In this document: positions 61,680 through 64,000 of the stretch, piece after piece
Layout: every line of letters begins with the position of its first letter
How positions within the stretch are numbered: position 1 is the first letter of the stretch
Origin: an uncultured Candidatus Saccharibacteria bacterium
GTDB lineage: Bacteria; Patescibacteriota; Saccharimonadia; Saccharimonadales; CAIOMD01
DNA: 64,000 bases
Reading direction: 5' to 3'
Assembly: GCA_963716565.1 (NCBI GenBank)
Contig: OY970318.1
Coordinates: forward strand, 580,284 to 644,283
Made by a program: the position numbers and the translations under genes
The notes under the pieces: generated by a model
Databases searched by the model: none
Told to the model about the DNA's origin: nothing
What the model saw: only the letters and a program-made list of their open reading frames with translations

Positions 61680-62458
61680 TGGGCGAACTGTATGATGTTT
61701 TTTTGAATAACGGTCATACTGCGAGACAGTCAATGCTATTGTCGAATTTTAACTATCATATCATCGAAAACGTCATCAAGAATTTGAGTCTCACTAAAAA
61801 AGATGTCAGAATGCTCGAGCTGGGTGTTGGCAAAGGGTATTTTGCCAAAGCATGCCATAAATATAGCGAGGAACATGATACAAAGATTAGCTACAGCGCC
61901 TTTGATCGCAACGACAATATGCTGGCCAATCTCAAGAAAATTAACAAAGGCATCAAGACATATCATGGAGAATTGCCAAACCTAACAATCACACCTAGCA
62001 AAAAATTCGATGTTGTTTATTGTGCGTTTGTTGTTGAACATTTAAAAAGCGGGCTTGAGGTCAATGAGCTGATTGTCAACATCAAGAAGATACTAAATGA
62101 TGGCGGATTGATGATATTCTTTACGCCCAACGCCCTAAGCCAAAAGCTCGAATTTTATAACATAGACTATACACATCAATACCCAACCACAGCCCGTAAT
62201 GTGGCGATGGCGTTTTATGATTGTGGCATCAATGACGTGAGGTGTTTGAAAATTAATGGGTTATGTACTTATAGACATTTCGATAATCAGTTGCTGCGCG
62301 TCTTACACAAATTAATCTTTTTGATGTACAGCTATAGACTACTCGCGGTTTTAGCATACCCACTCTACAAAGTACCACTTTACAGGCTAAACAATTTTTT
62401 CTACCAGGTTTACTGTTTCTTTAAAGAAGAAAACTTGATGTTTATTGCTAGAAAATAG
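61679..62458 (+). CDS. probable SAM-dependent methyltransferase
   Basis: MLELGVGKGYFA motif-I-like segment and DVVYCAFVVEHL motif; ATGA-type overlap with the upstream stop. Confidence 0.55.
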   Translation: MGELYDVFLNNGHTARQSMLLSNFNYHIIENVIKNLSLTKKDVRMLELGVGKGYFAKACHKYSEEHDTKISYSAFDRNDNMLANLKKINKGIKTYHGELPNLTITPSKKFDVVYCAFVVEHLKSGLEVNELIVNIKKILNDGGLMIFFTPNALSQKLEFYNIDYTHQYPTTARNVAMAFYDCGINDVRCLKINGLCTYRHFDNQLLRVLHKLIFLMYSYRLLAVLAYPLYKVPLYRLNNFFYQVYCFFKEENLMFIARK

Positions 62459-62495
62459 TAGTTAAGTCGTTTATAAAATATAATAGGAATAATAT

Positions 62496-63575
62496 ATGGA
62501 AAAGATAAAAGTTGCTATCATTGGTGCCGGCAATATATCGAACACTCGGCATATTCCTGCGTTAAAGAAATTAAGAGATGTCCAAATTAGCGGTGTCGTC
62601 GGGGTAAACAAAAAGAAAATTGATAGAACAATTGCAAAATACGGTGTTGTCAACCGGCTAAAATTAAATACGGGTGATTATGTAGGGCAACTATCAAAAT
62701 GCGATTGGTTCGCATCGGTTGATGCAGTTGTGATTGGTGCCCCGCCGCGTGATCATTTCTCGCTTGTTGAAGCGGCATTATTGAATGGTAAGCATGTTCT
62801 GGTCGAAAAACCGATGACGATGAATATTGAAGAGGCTGACAAGTTAATTGCCCTATCCAAAAAAATGAAAAAAGTATTCTGTGTTATGCATAATTTCCAA
62901 TTTGCATCTGGTATACAAAAACTTGAGCGAGTTATTGCGTCCGGTAAGCTGGGTGCGGTAACGTCCTTTATGGAATTTCAGCTAACTAACAAGAATCGAC
63001 GATTACCTGAATGGTACAATGATTTACCGCTTGGATTGTTCTATGACGAAGCGCCACATTTTATGTACTTGCTGGAAAGGCTTGGCGGTAAATTGAAAAT
63101 ACAGAATGCTTTTGCGCAGCTTTCGGACGAAAAGAATAATAATACTCCAGTCATGCTAAGTGTTGCGCTAAAGGCAGGCCAATATCCGGCCACAATATTT
63201 CTAAATTTTGATGCACCGGTATGTGAATGGTATTTTGTTGTTAGTGGCTCAAAGAAGATTGCCTATTATGATTTGTTTAAGGATATTTTGGTAATTATTC
63301 CGACAGATAACGAACACTACGCGTCTGACATACTCAAGAGCTCTTGGAGAATGACTTATCAATACTGGGCTGGATTCATGAAAAACGGTCTTCGCATGTT
63401 GACTGGCAACCTACTCTACGGACACGAAATCGTTATGCGTAAATTCATTGATTCAATTATTGTCGGCAAATGTGTTGATTCGAATATTGACTGTGTTAGT
63501 GGTAAAGCGACCGTGCAATACATGGGCAGTATAGTGGATGCGGTCAGCAAAAGTGCTTCAAGAAAGGGTGAATAG
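62496..63575 (+). CDS. Gfo/Idh/MocA-family NAD(P)-dependent oxidoreductase
   Basis: N-terminal Rossmann KVAIIGAGNISNTRHIPAL and the EKPM motif HVLVEKPMT. Confidence 0.85.
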   Translation: MEKIKVAIIGAGNISNTRHIPALKKLRDVQISGVVGVNKKKIDRTIAKYGVVNRLKLNTGDYVGQLSKCDWFASVDAVVIGAPPRDHFSLVEAALLNGKHVLVEKPMTMNIEEADKLIALSKKMKKVFCVMHNFQFASGIQKLERVIASGKLGAVTSFMEFQLTNKNRRLPEWYNDLPLGLFYDEAPHFMYLLERLGGKLKIQNAFAQLSDEKNNNTPVMLSVALKAGQYPATIFLNFDAPVCEWYFVVSGSKKIAYYDLFKDILVIIPTDNEHYASDILKSSWRMTYQYWAGFMKNGLRMLTGNLLYGHEIVMRKFIDSIIVGKCVDSNIDCVSGKATVQYMGSIVDAVSKSASRKGE

Positions 63576-63925
63576 TGCAAAATATTTTAATATTCATATT
63601 CTACTTCTTGTTTACATGTGCCGGGATGGTGTTGATTAAACTCGGCAGTTCTCAGAAAGCCCTGTTTACATTTCCTGTTGTAGATTTCAAAATTGCGTCG
63701 CTTTCACTGGTCGGATTTGTGTTATATGCAATTAGCTTTTTTCTTTTCGCAGCGCTGATTACTAAATATGAACTATCTTTTCTCAACCCAATCGCTATCG
63801 GTATCGTGTCAATCATGATTTTTATATCTGCAGCAGTTTTCTTCGGAGAATCAATTGGTCCCGCAAAAATTCTAGGTTTATTTTTCATCCTGGCCGGGGT
63901 CTTCATCATAAACCTTTTTAAATAA
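63575..63925 (+). CDS. small four-TM DMT/SMR-like membrane protein (possible lipid-linked sugar flippase subunit)
   Basis: 116 aa with four hydrophobic helices, overlapping the upstream stop, in a glycan-locus context. Confidence 0.55.
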   Translation: MQNILIFIFYFLFTCAGMVLIKLGSSQKALFTFPVVDFKIASLSLVGFVLYAISFFLFAALITKYELSFLNPIAIGIVSIMIFISAAVFFGESIGPAKILGLFFILAGVFIINLFK

Positions 63926-64000
63926 GCAGAATAACTTATTAAAGGTGGCCTTGGTTAATAAAGTATGGTATGTGTTTACGGTTGTGAGTAAATTGCCAGT

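Overview
The 64-kb chromosomal window is compact and uses the standard genetic code: TAA, TAG and TGA all close conserved full-length genes. All domain calls were made by eye from motifs, with no searches run. The window holds the replication-origin neighbourhood (rpmH-rnpA-yidC-jag on +, dnaA-dnaN-recF on -). That content, plus many membrane-anchored orphan proteins with TPTP linkers and a minimal T4SS-like locus, suggests an ultrasmall Patescibacteria/CPR (Saccharibacteria-like) genome; this is inference only. Layout: (1) 1-7.6 kb holds pyrH, a HIT gene and a thiol/redox island (two paralogous rhodaneses, DUF5320, DUF134, thioredoxin, Trx-DsbD-like membrane fusion, cupin, peroxiredoxin, Fur/PerR). 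(2) 7.6-15.5 kb is an accessory patch with four tRNAs (Ser-CGA, Arg-GCG, Ser-UGA, Ser-GCU) interleaved with orphan genes. It includes a visibly GC-rich gene, a possible ADP-ribosyltransferase-like protein, comF and long non-coding GC-rich spacers. (3) 16.0-32.7 kb is the most striking block. Six tandem VirB2/TrbC-like pilin paralogs (seven pilin modules) lie divergent from an operon encoding a VirB6-like giant, a PrgI/VirB3-like protein, an apparently split VirB4 ATPase, three cell-wall hydrolase domains and two anchored beta-rich proteins. No coupling protein, relaxase or integrase is visible. (4) 32.7-39.4 kb is the origin region, with a four-helix-bundle gene inserted between dnaN and recF. 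(5) 39.4-45.5 kb holds two toxin-antitoxin pairs flanking a surface cutinase-vWA-PKD protein, plus a 390-nt non-coding region. (6) 45.5-64 kb is a low-GC ABC-transporter-dependent glycan locus with a secreted protein carrying perfect 300-bp tandem repeats. Cutting across all of this is a recurrent class of intergenic tandem arrays with strict 7-nt periodicity. They are stop-codon-rich, often supply the stop codon of the adjacent gene, and I could not assign them to any known repeat class.
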